Below are positions 30,519 through 41,011 of a DNA stretch of 64,000 bases, one piece after another; within the stretch, counting starts at the first letter, position 1; every line of letters starts with the position of its first letter. Source of the DNA: Granulicella sp. (GTDB taxonomy: Bacteria > Acidobacteriota > Terriglobia > Terriglobales > Acidobacteriaceae); the NCBI GenBank assembly GCA_027339965.1, contig DAHWNL010000006.1, positions 55,381 through 119,380 on the forward strand. Direction: 5' to 3'. The position numbers and the translations under genes were made by a program. The notes beneath the pieces are model-generated. The model did not search any database. It was not told where the DNA came from and saw only the letters and a program-made list of their open reading frames with translations.

Positions 30519-32135
30519 ATGGAAGCATTGAATCGATTTGGACAGGCTCTTTGGAGAAAGACTCGCCAGGGACGCATGTCGACCATATTTACGATCCTTG
30601 GAATACTTTCCGCCTGCGTTTTGGCCGGGTCGATTCTGACCGGAAACGTCAGCGCCAAGCAGGCCGTCGATAGCAGTGACGCGCAGCCTTTGGTCATTCC
30701 CAATCCGGTCACGCTGTCCAACGGTTTCTCGGCCATCGTCAAGCAGGTTGGTCCGGCGGTGGTGAACATCAACACCGAGACCCTGCCCAAAGAGAGCAAC
30801 AACGGCGGAAACGGTGGACAAATGGGCCAGGGCGACCAGGGAATGCAGGACTTCTTCAACCACTTCTTTGGATTGCCGGGAGGCAACGGTGGCCAGCAGA
30901 GTCAAGGCCCAAGCCGTGCACTGGGTTCGGGCTTCATCGTCGACCCGCGCGGATATATCCTGACCAACTACCATGTGATCGATGGAGCGGACCGGATCTA
31001 TGTGAAGCTCTCCTCAGACCCCCAGAACTCGCCCGATCCGGGCCGGCTGGCGACCGTGGTCGGTTTCGACAAAGACACCGACATCGCCGTCATCAAGATT
31101 CATAGCGACAAGCCCTTGCCGACGGTCAAGATCGGCAACTCGGACAGTGCACAGGTGGGTGACTGGGTGCTGGCCATCGGCGAGCCCTTTGGGCTCTCCC
31201 AGACCGTCTCGGCCGGCATCATCTCGGCCAGGAACCGGTCCATCGATGAGGGAGCTGACGCCCATCAGGTGGCCAAGGGTGAGTTCCAGAAGTTCCTCCA
31301 GACGGATGCCGCCATCAACCCCGGCAACTCCGGCGGACCCCTGGTCGATATGGCCGGCCAGGTCATCGGCATGAACACGGCGATCTACACCCAGTCGGCG
31401 GGAAATGAGGGCATCGGATTTGCGCTGCCCTCCAACACCATCGTCAACGTCTATAACCAACTCATCGGACCGGAACACAAGGTGGTCCGCGGCTCCATCG
31501 GCGTGCAGTTCCAGGCCAACACCTCCTCGGCGGTCGCCAAGATGTATGGCTTCCCCAACGGCGGCGTGATTGTGAGCGAAGTGGTTCCTGGCGGGCCGGC
31601 AGCCAAGGCCGGCGTGCAGCCACAGGACATTATTGTCTCCGTGGACGGAAAGCCGATCCGAGATGGGGATGAGTTGATCAGCATCGTCTCCGACAAGCAT
31701 CCGGGAACTACCATCAGCCTGGGCATCATTCGTTCCGGCAAGCACATCACGTTGGCTTGCGGCGTCGAGGACCGGAACAAGCTTTACGCCAATATGGGCA
31801 ACGGCGCCGGGACGTCCAATCAGGCCTCACCCAGCAACGCCGGAGAGACGAAGTTTGGCGTCTCCGTGCAACCCACCACCGCGGAGATAAACAGCGCTCT
31901 GCACATCACCGGTGGCGTCGTGGTTACCAACGTCAAACCGGGCTCCTTCGCCGATGCCATCGGTCTGTATCAGGGTGCGGTGATCACGGAGATCAACCGC
32001 AGGCCTGTGACGGATGTGGCTGGGTTCAACGCTGCCGCGAGCAGCTTGAAGTCGGGTGACGATGTCGTCTTCGTGGTGCGCAACCCGCAGAACCCAACCG
32101 GCGGCGACTCGTTCATCGGTGGGACGCTGCCCTAA
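30519..32135 (+). CDS. degP: HtrA/DegP (Do family) serine protease with two PDZ domains
   Basis: LGSGFI, TNYHV, DIAV, QTDAAINPGNSGGPL and two PDZ-like segments. Confidence 0.94.
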   Translation: MEALNRFGQALWRKTRQGRMSTIFTILGILSACVLAGSILTGNVSAKQAVDSSDAQPLVIPNPVTLSNGFSAIVKQVGPAVVNINTETLPKESNNGGNGGQMGQGDQGMQDFFNHFFGLPGGNGGQQSQGPSRALGSGFIVDPRGYILTNYHVIDGADRIYVKLSSDPQNSPDPGRLATVVGFDKDTDIAVIKIHSDKPLPTVKIGNSDSAQVGDWVLAIGEPFGLSQTVSAGIISARNRSIDEGADAHQVAKGEFQKFLQTDAAINPGNSGGPLVDMAGQVIGMNTAIYTQSAGNEGIGFALPSNTIVNVYNQLIGPEHKVVRGSIGVQFQANTSSAVAKMYGFPNGGVIVSEVVPGGPAAKAGVQPQDIIVSVDGKPIRDGDELISIVSDKHPGTTISLGIIRSGKHITLACGVEDRNKLYANMGNGAGTSNQASPSNAGETKFGVSVQPTTAEINSALHITGGVVVTNVKPGSFADAIGLYQGAVITEINRRPVTDVAGFNAAASSLKSGDDVVFVVRNPQNPTGGDSFIGGTLP

Positions 32136-32143
32136 TCCGGAGC

Positions 32144-32220
32144 GCTGGTGGAGCAGGAGGGCGCAGACGTTCGCCCCCTCCTGTCTCTGCCGGCACGACG
32201 CCGACATCGCTCTTTTTCTT
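32144..32220 (+). terminator. Strong hairpin after degP, possible terminator
   Basis: GCTGGTGGAG-CAGGAGGGCG 32144-32163 pairs with CGCCCCCTCCTG-T-CTCTGCCGGC 32172-32194. The T-tract at 32213-32220 is displaced about 18 nt from the stem. Confidence 0.4.
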
Positions 32221-32517
32221 GAAGTTTTTGAACTCCTAAGTTGGAGATGAGGTTCGCGCTCTTGCAGATTCGGGATCTCCTGTGACGACAGGCACCGCAA
32301 TCCGGCTTGCATCCAGGGTTGGTTTCAAGTAGGCTTATAGAATTTTCAGTGTTGCTGGGTACACCGGACGGGGCGTGCAGTGACGTTTTCATTGGGGAAA
32401 ACGCCCATAGAGGTCGAGGCGTCGCGTTACACCTGCACTGAAAACGCTTTAGGGTGCGATTCGGGCCGCAGACGAAGACAGAGCCCTGTTGCGACAGAAA
32501 GGAACGATCGCCAAGCA

Positions 32518-33108
32518 ATGCGCGCTTTACTCGGAAAGACAATCCGGGCAGCTATCTCGGTCTTTCTCTTGACGCTGACGGTTACGGCATCCGCTTCCGC
32601 GCAAGCTTCCACGCAGCCCGCAAACCATCCTGCGACACACTCCAAGGCGCGCTCGCAACGGCGCCGCAGTAGCCGGCATTCTGCCTCAAGGCGGACTTAT
32701 AGAAGGCGGCATCTGCGCACCGCCCGCTACGCCAGAGGTCCGGCGGAGATGCCCACCGAGCGGGTCACTGAGATTCAGACCGCGCTGATCCGGCACGGAT
32801 ATCAGAGCGGCGAACCGACCGGAAAGTGGGACGCGCAAACGGCGGCCGCGATGCAGAAGCTTCAGGCCGACCATGGCTGGCAGACCAAGATCACTCCGGA
32901 CTCAAGAGCCTTGATTTTGCTCGGATTGGGCCCCGAGGATACGAGATCGGCACCGAGGCCGTCGACGCAACCCTCCCCGGGCGCGACGGGACCGGCAAAG
33001 GAAACGTCAAGCTCCGCAGCCAGCGGCAGGACGACCAACGAGATCGGAGTCTCTGGCCCCGGCACCACCAGCCAGACCCAGATTTTTACTCAGACGCAGC
33101 AGCAGTAG
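32518..33108 (+). CDS. Exported peptidoglycan-binding domain protein
   Basis: Signal peptide, Arg/His-rich stretch, then RVTEIQTALIRHGY...TGKWDAQTAAAMQKLQADHGW (PG_binding_1-like). Confidence 0.8.
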   Translation: MRALLGKTIRAAISVFLLTLTVTASASAQASTQPANHPATHSKARSQRRRSSRHSASRRTYRRRHLRTARYARGPAEMPTERVTEIQTALIRHGYQSGEPTGKWDAQTAAAMQKLQADHGWQTKITPDSRALILLGLGPEDTRSAPRPSTQPSPGATGPAKETSSSAASGRTTNEIGVSGPGTTSQTQIFTQTQQQ

Positions 33109-33382
33109 CGGGCTCCCTCATTTCATTCCTGACAAGCTCAGCTTCTCCTCCACGGATCGATCTTCCCCCCTCGATGAACGGCCCTTTGCCGGGATGAACA
33201 AACCACCGGTGCCGGAGACTGGAGAAGCGGAAACCGGTCTACATCACACTCTGCTTGAAGTATCTTTTCCCAAAATCCGTAACATGGGTCGCGATGCTGG
33301 CAGTCGAGCCAGTGGTTCCCAGCTCCATGGAAGAATCCATACCTTCCCTGCGGGCAGGCGAGCCCCTGAAGAGAAGACTCGT

Positions 33383-33793
33383 TTACCGCCAACTCACCGC
33401 CAGATGCCAGCGATGGCCCCGCTGAGCGGATTTGCGCAGCACGGTCTGGTACTCACGAAGCTCGCTGAGAACCTCCGGGCCCTCCCTGCCAAGTTGCTCT
33501 GGATCTGTTTCCAGCGCTGTAATCAGCGCTTCCAGCGTGCGCAGGCCATCTTCAGCGCGGTACCACTGCGGCGGGGGAAGACGATGGAGAAGTGCGGGAT
33601 CTCCACCGCCCTCCTGGATGAGCAAAGCCATGGAATTTTCATCGGCGGAGAAGAACTCCAGCAGGGGCTTGACTCCAAGCTCGAGCGCCAACTTTTCAAC
33701 CGCGCTCTCATGTCGAGCCAGCATCTGTCCGTTCACATAGATGCAGTATCCAGGATCCTCGCCTTCCACAACGATGTACATTGATGCGGCCAT
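33383..33793 (-). CDS. Hypothetical protein (136 aa)
   Basis: Globular composition (MAASMYIVVEGEDPG...LGVKPLLEFFS...WHLAVSWR); TACACT 7 nt upstream of the ATG. Confidence 0.75.
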   Translation of the reverse strand: MAASMYIVVEGEDPGYCIYVNGQMLARHESAVEKLALELGVKPLLEFFSADENSMALLIQEGGGDPALLHRLPPPQWYRAEDGLRTLEALITALETDPEQLGREGPEVLSELREYQTVLRKSAQRGHRWHLAVSWR

Positions 33794-33962
33794 GGGAAAG
33801 AGTGTAGCTCCTTGCTGATCAAAATCGAAGAGCTCAGGAATCCGTGCGGAGATATCCCTTTCAGCCAGCACCGTCTTCTTTGGCTGAACCGACTGCACGC
33901 GCCTGACTCCAAGACAAGAGGCTACAGCGTCTCACCCAGGTTGTTCTCACGCTTGGGTCAAC

Positions 33963-33992
33963 TGCCGTAGCCTCAAGTGCCGTAGCCTCAAG
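33963..33992. repeat. Perfect 15-bp tandem duplication downstream of pnp
   Basis: TGCCGTAGCCTCAAG x2. Confidence 0.85.
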
Positions 33993-34014
33993 ATTTGAAT
34001 CTGCAATGTGGAGC

Positions 34015-36453
34015 TTAGCTATTCCCTGCACGCGGTTGACCGCCGGGGCTGCCACCCGGGCGGCGGCCACGCCGGCGGCGATTGCGGCGCTGACTGCTGG
34101 GGCGTGATCCAGGCTGCGAGGCGGAATCGCCCTGCGCCTGACCAGCCGCTACCTCCAACGGCTCGGCTCCCTCTTCGTCCCCGTCAAAGTCATCCTCATC
34201 TTCGAAGTCCTCTCCGCCTTCCACGACGATAGTCTCCTCGTGAAGAGGCTGAACCGGAGCGGTTCGCTCAGGACGCTGTCCGCGCTCTCCACGATCACGG
34301 CCGCCGCGCTCTGCGAACTCCCCTCCACCGCTGTGCTCGGAGACGGGAGGCAAGCCGAGTTTCTCGCGCTGCTCGCGAAGCACAGCCTTGCGCGAGAGCT
34401 TGATCCGATTGCCTTCCATGGAAAGCACCTTCACCAGAACCTGATCCCCTTCGCGCAGCTCATCCTTGACCTCGCGAACTCGATGCTCGGCAATCTCGGA
34501 GACATGGAGAAGGCCGTCCGTTCCAGGAAAAATCTCTACAAAAGCGCCAAACTCCGCCAACCGGACCACCTTGCCCAAATAGGTCTTTCCGATCTCGGGA
34601 ACCGCCGTGATGTCGGAGATCATCTGGATCGCCTTGGCCAGACCCTCGGCATCCGAAGAGGCCACATTCACGCGACCCGTATCGTCCACATCGATTTTCA
34701 CCCCGGTCGCGTCGACGATGCCGCGGATCACCTTGCCGCCGGGACCAATCAGATCGCGGATCTTATCGGTTGGAATCTGCAGGGTGTGGATGCGTGGCGC
34801 ATAGATGCTGGTCTGCTCGGCAGCGCGCGAGATGACCGAATCCATAATGTCCAGAAGGAACAGACGGCCACGGCGGGCCTGTTCGAGCGCCTCGCGCATG
34901 ATCTGGGTCGTAATCCTCGTGATCTTGATGTCCATCTGCAGGGCGGTAATCCCGTTGCGGGTGCCCGCCACCTTGAAGTCCATGTCACCGTAGTGGTCCT
35001 CGGCTCCGGCGATATCAGTAAGAATGGCGTATTGATCACCCTCCTTCACCAGTCCCATGGCCACTCCGGCCACCGAACCCTTGAGGGGAATTCCGGCCTG
35101 CATCAGGGCCAGAGATGCGCCGCAGACTGTGGCCATCGAACTGGATCCGTTCGACTCCAGGATGTCAGAGACCACTCGCAGGGTATAGGGAGAATCCTCT
35201 TCTCCGGGGAGAACGGCCTCAAGGGCTCTCCATGCCAGGGCACCATGGCCGATCTCGCGACGCCCAACACCCGTCATGCGTCCGACCTCGCCCACCGAAA
35301 AGGGTGGAAAATTGTAGTGCAGCATGAAGCGCCGCTTCTGTTCCCCCTCATAGCTCTCCATGCGCTGCGCATCATCGGTGGTGCCCAGCGTCGCGCTCAC
35401 TAGGGCCTGAGTCTCACCCCGGGTGAAGAGCGCCGAACCGTGAACGCGGGGGAGAACCCCGGTCTCGATCGTAACCTTGCGAATCTCGTCGAAGGCTCTG
35501 TGGTCCGGGCGGATGCGCTGGTTGAGGACCTGCTCGCGGAAGATGGCCTCGCGCAGAATTTCAAAGTATTTGGAGAGCTTCTTGGCCGCCTCAGCATCGT
35601 CGGCTGGAAGCTGCTTTTTGAGCTCGTCCTTGATCTCCTTGACCTTGGCGTAGCTCTCAAACTTCGGATGCTTTTGCGTGTCCAGAGCATCTTGGAGGCG
35701 GTCGCCGATCTTAGCCCGAAGCGTCCCCAGATACTCTTTATCGATTGCAACTTCAGGAACCTGCCGCTTCGCCTTGCCGGCGCGGCTGACTAAATCCTCA
35801 ATGGCGGCAACAATCTTCTTGATCTCGACGTGGGCGAACTCGATGGCGCCGACAACCGCCTCCTCGGGGACCTCCGAAGCGCCCGACTCCACCATCACAA
35901 TGCCATCTTTGGTGCCGACCACCATGATGTTGAGCTTGCTTGCGAGACGCTCGGCGTAGGTGGGGTTCACCAAATACTGGCCATCGATGAAACCGATACG
36001 AACCGCGCCCACCGGGCCGTGAAACGGAATATCGGACAGTGCCAGCGCGCAGCTCGCACCGTTGATGCCCAGCACATCCGGATCGTTCTCCCGATCGGCC
36101 GAGAACACGAAGGCTACCACCTGCGTCTCGTTGCGAAACGTCTCCGGGAAAAGGGGGCGAATCGGGCGGTCAATCTGACGCGCGGTCAGAATCTCTTTTT
36201 CACTGGGACGCCCTTCGCGTTTGATAAAGCCACCGGGAATGCGGCCGCCAGCATAGGTGAACTCGCGGTACTCCACCGTCAGGGGAAAGAAATCGATACC
36301 CTCTTTGGGGTCGGGAGAGGCCACGGCCGTGGCCAGCACGGCGTTATCGCCACTGGTGGTAAAGGCAGCCCCGGATGCCTGTTTGGCGATACGCCCGGTC
36401 TCAAATTGAATCCGCTTGCCGCCGGCAAGTTCTACTGTCACTTCCTGCTTCAT
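34015..36453 (-). CDS. pnp: Polyribonucleotide nucleotidyltransferase (PNPase)
   Basis: FFPLTV, IPGGFIKREG, FTRGETQ, RREIGHG, ESNGSSS, GDMDFKVAG, KH (IGPGGK) and S1 domains. Confidence 0.98.
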   Translation of the reverse strand: MKQEVTVELAGGKRIQFETGRIAKQASGAAFTTSGDNAVLATAVASPDPKEGIDFFPLTVEYREFTYAGGRIPGGFIKREGRPSEKEILTARQIDRPIRPLFPETFRNETQVVAFVFSADRENDPDVLGINGASCALALSDIPFHGPVGAVRIGFIDGQYLVNPTYAERLASKLNIMVVGTKDGIVMVESGASEVPEEAVVGAIEFAHVEIKKIVAAIEDLVSRAGKAKRQVPEVAIDKEYLGTLRAKIGDRLQDALDTQKHPKFESYAKVKEIKDELKKQLPADDAEAAKKLSKYFEILREAIFREQVLNQRIRPDHRAFDEIRKVTIETGVLPRVHGSALFTRGETQALVSATLGTTDDAQRMESYEGEQKRRFMLHYNFPPFSVGEVGRMTGVGRREIGHGALAWRALEAVLPGEEDSPYTLRVVSDILESNGSSSMATVCGASLALMQAGIPLKGSVAGVAMGLVKEGDQYAILTDIAGAEDHYGDMDFKVAGTRNGITALQMDIKITRITTQIMREALEQARRGRLFLLDIMDSVISRAAEQTSIYAPRIHTLQIPTDKIRDLIGPGGKVIRGIVDATGVKIDVDDTGRVNVASSDAEGLAKAIQMISDITAVPEIGKTYLGKVVRLAEFGAFVEIFPGTDGLLHVSEIAEHRVREVKDELREGDQVLVKVLSMEGNRIKLSRKAVLREQREKLGLPPVSEHSGGGEFAERGGRDRGERGQRPERTAPVQPLHEETIVVEGGEDFEDEDDFDGDEEGAEPLEVAAGQAQGDSASQPGSRPSSQRRNRRRRGRRPGGSPGGQPRAGNS

Positions 36454-36506
36454 AGATGTTCCTCGTTTTCTCTATCTTTGCTCTTCGTATAAGCCTTTTC
36501 GACGCC

Positions 36507-36680
36507 CTGCACGGGCCATCGACCCGGATCCGCCAAGACGAAAGCCCCGTCGAAACTGCTTCGGCCGGGGCTCTACGGTTTCTGGCTGCGAACTGAACAA
36601 CGCCGCAGGATGCTTGCCCGCGAAGAAGAGAGGACGGAGGCGCCGTCGGCTGCCCCCATCCCAGCGATGCCCGTCTGCAG
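36507..36680 (-). promoter_or_regulatory. Structured rpsO-pnp spacer (candidate rpsO terminator or RNase III stem)
   Basis: CTGCACGGGCCATC 36507-36520/GATGCCCGTCTGCAG 36666-36680 enclose the hairpin AGCCCCG...CGGGGCT 36543-36572. Confidence 0.5.
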
Positions 36681-36825
36681 ATTCAATCTTTCACCACTCC
36701 CGGCTTCGCCCTATCTCGGGCGAACTCCTGTGGCATCCCTTTCGTTCCTTCCAGGATTGCATCGGCGGTCCCGAGCCCTTAGCATCCGGACCCGGAACGG
36801 ACCAATCCATACCATCCAGGATGGA

Positions 36826-37092
36826 CTATTTGCGGATACCCAGCTTGGCGATGACGTCACGGTAGCGATCCGAATCGGTCTTCTTGAGGTAGTCAAGAAG
36901 CCGGCGGCGCTTGCTCACCAACATCAGAAGACCACGGCGCGAACCATGATCCTTGGTGTGGGTCTTGAAGTGCTCGGTCAGTTCACCGATTCGCTCACTG
37001 AGAATCGCAATCTGCACCTCGGGACTTCCAGTGTCCGAATCATGCGTGCGAAACTTGGTAATAATCTCTGTTTTCTTCGCTGTTGCCAACAC
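36826..37092 (-). CDS. rpsO: 30S ribosomal protein S15
   Basis: [35 protein letters not shown] and LGIRK; AGGAG ribosome binding site. Confidence 0.98.
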   Translation of the reverse strand: MLATAKKTEIITKFRTHDSDTGSPEVQIAILSERIGELTEHFKTHTKDHGSRRGLLMLVSKRRRLLDYLKKTDSDRYRDVIAKLGIRK

Positions 37093-37264
37093 GGCGGGTC
37101 TTGCTCCTGATCTTCTATGAGTCTACTTAATCGTAGTTTCCACCTAAAGAATATCATGCGAAGACTCTGGAGCCGGGCGTCCGCGCATCCAAATCTGACT
37201 CCCAGTCCCCTCTGTGGACCGGGAGCCCCATCACAGTCTTGGTTCGATTCCGCCCGAATGTCGA

Positions 37265-37954
37265 CTAACCCAACAGATGCTTGCCCAGAAACTGTAGCGT
37301 TCGTTCCCGCGCCAGTTGGGAGGCCGCGGCGGAAAAGCTGCCGCGAGCATCACAGTTGAATCCGTGCTCCGCTTCCGGGTAGACAAAGACTGTGACATCC
37401 GCGTAGCTCTGCTTTCGCACGGCGTCGATCTGCTCGACGCCGATATGCGTATCCTTTTCTCCAAAGTGCAACAGGACGGGGCAACTGGGCCTCTCTGAGG
37501 CCACACTGCCGATTCCTCCAGGGTAGTAGCCCACTGTGCAGTCCGGCCGCATTCCGGCTGCCGGTCCCCTGGTTGCGCTCATCCACGCTGTAAGCCCTCC
37601 GTAGCAGTAGCCGATGACGCCGGTCTTGTGGCCGCCCTGCACGTGTTGAAACGCTGCCGCCACATCCCGCAGGGTCGTCTCTGGCTTCAGTTGCTGGTAG
37701 AAGCCAAAGGCGCGCTGCATGTCGGCACCCTGATAGCTGAGCTCGACGTTGCGCTCAAAGCGGTCGAAGAGCGCCGGCGCTATGGCCAGATAACCCTCCA
37801 TGGCAAAGCTATCGGCCACGCTGCGGATGTGGGAGTTGACTCCAAAAATCTCCTGCACCACCACCAGAGCTGCTTTCGCCGCTCCTTTCGGCGTTGCGAG
37901 GTAAGCGGATAGTTCGTGGCCGTCGGCCGCCTTCAGTTGTACCCATTTGCTCAT
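37265..37954 (-). CDS. Dienelactone hydrolase family protein
   Basis: VVQEIFGVNSHIR, GYCYGG, HFGEKD and AEHGFNCD; GAGGAG before ATG 37954. Confidence 0.93.
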   Translation of the reverse strand: MSKWVQLKAADGHELSAYLATPKGAAKAALVVVQEIFGVNSHIRSVADSFAMEGYLAIAPALFDRFERNVELSYQGADMQRAFGFYQQLKPETTLRDVAAAFQHVQGGHKTGVIGYCYGGLTAWMSATRGPAAGMRPDCTVGYYPGGIGSVASERPSCPVLLHFGEKDTHIGVEQIDAVRKQSYADVTVFVYPEAEHGFNCDARGSFSAAASQLARERTLQFLGKHLLG

Positions 37955-38262
37955 GTTGATCTCCTCTTCTAACAGTAGATGACGGTCGAGCCCCTCATCA
38001 CTGGCGATCTCCTTCTGGGTCCCCACCTCGCCTGCCGGGCTCGCCATCACAGCACGCCGGCTTGTCTGCTCAGGCACACATATTCCAGAAAAGTCTCTCG
38101 GAGGGTTAGATGCCGTGTCAGGCTTCGATGGCGCATGGCGAGTTCCCGACGGCCATTTTCAGGCAGAGCCGCTTTCGGTCGGAGTAGACTGGAGGACGCA
38201 TCCCAGAGCCTGTTGGAAGCAGTGCTGGGAAAACCTCACAACACAGAACGCTCGAAAGGATC

Positions 38263-39654
38263 ATGGTGACATCCATATCAGCGCAAACGATAAACCGGAG
38301 AAATCTGCTCCGCTCCATGGGAGCGATAGCTGGAGACGCGCTTTTTTCCGCCGCCGGATGCGGCGGAAGACCATCTCCCGCGACATCCGCTTCAACCGCG
38401 TCCGCCTGGCCACCCTCTCTGCCCGTTGGAACCTTCTCACCTTCTACGACCGATGATTCTTTTCTTGACGAGATCGAACAGCAGGGCTGCCTCTACTTCT
38501 GGGAACAGGCCAGCCCGGATAACGGTCAAGTACTCGACCATGCCGCTTATGACCTCAACAGCGCCATGGACACCAGCACCAACGAATCCAGCATCGCCGC
38601 CACGGGCTTTGGCCTGAGTGCACTATGCATCGCCCACCAACGGGATTACTTGCCTCAAGTCCAGATCATCGAGCGGGTACAGACCACATTGGACTTTTAC
38701 CTGAACTCCATGCCCAACGAAAACGGCTTCTTTTATCACTTCAACGACGTCAATACCGGGCAGCCGCTCTCCGGATCCGAAGTGTCATCCATCGACACCT
38801 CCATCCTCATCTGCGGTGCGCTCACCGCGCGAGCCTACTTCAACGACGCAACGATCACCTCGCTCGCTACCCAAATCTACCAGCGCGTCAACTGGCCGTG
38901 GATGCTCAATGGCCAGTCAACCTTCGCCGAAGCCTGGTACCCCTCAAGCGGTTTTGGCCCTTACTACTACAACACCTACTGCGAGCTGATGATGCTTTAT
39001 CTGCTGGCCATCGGATCACCCACCCATCCCATCGCTCCTTCGTACTGGAACAACTTTGCGCGGCCCTTGCTCACCTACGAGGGATACACGTACATCAGCA
39101 GCAACAGCGATCCGCTCTTTACCCAGCAGTACTCCCAGGCATGGTTCGACTTCCGCAACGTGGCCGACGCCTACGCCAACTACTTCAACAACTCGGTCAC
39201 AGCCACCCAGGCGCATGAGACGTTCTGTCTGGGTTATCCGTCGCCGCAAGCTCCCTGGTACACGCAGGACTACTGGGGTATCACCTCCTCGGATTACGTG
39301 GGAGGCTACACGGCCTGGGGCGGACCGCCGGCACAGGGCCCCATCGACGGCACGGTGGTGCCCTGCGCCGCAGCCGGCTCGCTGCCCTTTCTGCCCAATG
39401 AGTGCCTTTCGATGCTCGAGGCTCTCAAAGCCAAGTGGGGAGGAGCCGGCGCATGGTGCCGGTACGGCTTCGTGGACGCCTTTCACCCCTCAGCTAACTG
39501 GTATTGCCAGGATGTATTGGGCATCGATCAGGGCATCAGCGTGCTCATGGCAGAGAACCTGCGCACCGGACTGATCTGGACCACCTTCATGAACAACGCG
39601 GAGTGCGGTCAGGCCATGCAACGGGTCGGATTCAAGCCGCAGAGCGCTGCATAA
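38263..39654 (+). CDS. GH144-like ('glucoamylase'/endo-beta-1,2-glucanase family) protein, putative Tat lipoprotein
   Basis: INRRNLL twin-arginine motif and AAGC lipobox; SIAATGFGL, GFFYHF, EVSSIDT, LFTQQYSQAWFDFR, WGITSSD, YGFVDAF and GIDQG..MAEN. Confidence 0.82.
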   Translation: MVTSISAQTINRRNLLRSMGAIAGDALFSAAGCGGRPSPATSASTASAWPPSLPVGTFSPSTTDDSFLDEIEQQGCLYFWEQASPDNGQVLDHAAYDLNSAMDTSTNESSIAATGFGLSALCIAHQRDYLPQVQIIERVQTTLDFYLNSMPNENGFFYHFNDVNTGQPLSGSEVSSIDTSILICGALTARAYFNDATITSLATQIYQRVNWPWMLNGQSTFAEAWYPSSGFGPYYYNTYCELMMLYLLAIGSPTHPIAPSYWNNFARPLLTYEGYTYISSNSDPLFTQQYSQAWFDFRNVADAYANYFNNSVTATQAHETFCLGYPSPQAPWYTQDYWGITSSDYVGGYTAWGGPPAQGPIDGTVVPCAAAGSLPFLPNECLSMLEALKAKWGGAGAWCRYGFVDAFHPSANWYCQDVLGIDQGISVLMAENLRTGLIWTTFMNNAECGQAMQRVGFKPQSAA

Positions 39655-39683
39655 ATCTCCCGCTGAGCAGGAAGTTTCGGTAA

Positions 39684-39949
39684 CCCCCTGTAGATCGTCC
39701 CCCGGGAGATGAACGGTGTCTTCCTCGACAAAACCGTACCTTCACAAAGCACGCAGCGGACAAGCTCGTCCGCCAAAGTTCCCACCTGTCTTCGGCAGTA
39801 AGGCTGACGCCACCCAGATCACTTTGTCCAAGGCATTCGAGCAAGATTACGTCCCGAAGTTTGTGGAGGAGCGGTAAAGCGCCGAGCAGGGTACCGCACG
39901 AAAGCCGAAGGACTCCTCAAGGAGCACATGCCGCGAGGAACGATGGGGG
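39684..39949. repeat. Imperfect fold-back in the convergent GH144/hemD spacer
   Basis: CCCCC...ATCGT 39684-39698/ACGATGGGGG 39940-39949; CGGTGTC 39714-39720/GGTACCG 39890-39896; CCTTCACAAA 39739-39748/TTTGTGGAGG 39860-39869. Confidence 0.6.
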
Positions 39950-39980
39950 CAAGGGAGGAAGCGAGCCAGGAAATGCGAGC

Positions 39981-40805
39981 CTATTCACCGAGACTCTGTC
40001 TTTCAACGGAATCCCGGGCCTGCTCCTGCTGCTCCCATCTATCCATGACGGCAGCTACCAGGCTTTTCAAATTTGGCTCTGCTGCCTCCGCGTGAGGGGG
40101 GAGGCCAAGGTCGTATAACGTCTGCGTGGTGATCGGGCCAATCGAGACACGCAGGATCTCCGACGGAAGCTGGAGGCTTGCGCTCTCCAACAGAGCCACA
40201 AGGTTGGTAACGGTAGAACTGCTGGTGAAGGTAATTGCATCTGGCCACTGCGCTCGCGACGAGAAGATCTCCACCATAGCGGCGGTAGAACTCTCGGGGA
40301 CGATGTTGCGGTAGACCGGTGCGATGGTGAGCTCGGCTCCGGCGCTTCGAAGAGTATCGGGAAGGACCTCCCGGGCCACCTCCGCACGGAGGAGAAGCAG
40401 GCGCGATGGTGACCCGTCGGGACGACGCGTATGGGGCAAAAGCGCCTCCGCCAAAGACTCAGCAACCGCCTGGGGCGGGATCAAATCCACGCGCCAGCCC
40501 ACAGCCTCAAGGGCGTGAGCCGTAGCCTCGCCGATAGCTGCTACCTTAGGCCCTGAAGGCAGCCCGGCACGAACCGTCTTCAAACGGCGCACGAAGAACT
40601 CCACGGCGTTGGCACTGGTAAAGAGCAGCCAATCGAACGCTTCCAAACTCTCCAGAACCTGATCGAGCGCAACATAGGTGGCGGGCTCTGCGAGCTCGAT
40701 GGCAGGAACAAGGATCGGCTCGGCTCCCGCGGCGAGCAGCTGGGCGGCCAGTTCCGACCCCTGCCGGGAAGAGCGAGTGACAAGAACACGAGGAGGCTTG
40801 ATCAC
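39981..40805 (-). CDS. hemD: Uroporphyrinogen-III synthase
   Basis: VLVTR, WLLFTSANAV, AAIGEATA, LLLRA, VYRN, FTSSSTV and SIGPIT. Start uncertain (GTG 40805 or ATG 40889). Confidence 0.92.
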   Translation of the reverse strand: MIKPPRVLVTRSSRQGSELAAQLLAAGAEPILVPAIELAEPATYVALDQVLESLEAFDWLLFTSANAVEFFVRRLKTVRAGLPSGPKVAAIGEATAHALEAVGWRVDLIPPQAVAESLAEALLPHTRRPDGSPSRLLLLRAEVAREVLPDTLRSAGAELTIAPVYRNIVPESSTAAMVEIFSSRAQWPDAITFTSSSTVTNLVALLESASLQLPSEILRVSIGPITTQTLYDLGLPPHAEAAEPNLKSLVAAVMDRWEQQEQARDSVERQSLGE

Positions 40806-41011
40806 GGCTGGGTTCCGATCAGCCTTCAGAATACAGCCCACAACCTCAAGAGGCTTTCCGTGGAATGGCGGAGACAACCAGAACCGCACCTAGCTTTTCG
40901 CAGAAGAACCACACGGACAAAGGGCAACGGTCGGTTCCCCGCGAAATGTGCCTGGGAGATGCAGGAAAGCCAGGGATCTCTCGGTCTGATGCCTTCCGGC
41001 TCTTCCTCCGT

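Noticed and set aside
37236..37257. GGTTCGATTCC, resembling a tRNA T-loop
   Set aside because: The flanks form no 5-bp T-stem, and there is no acceptor or anticodon arm.
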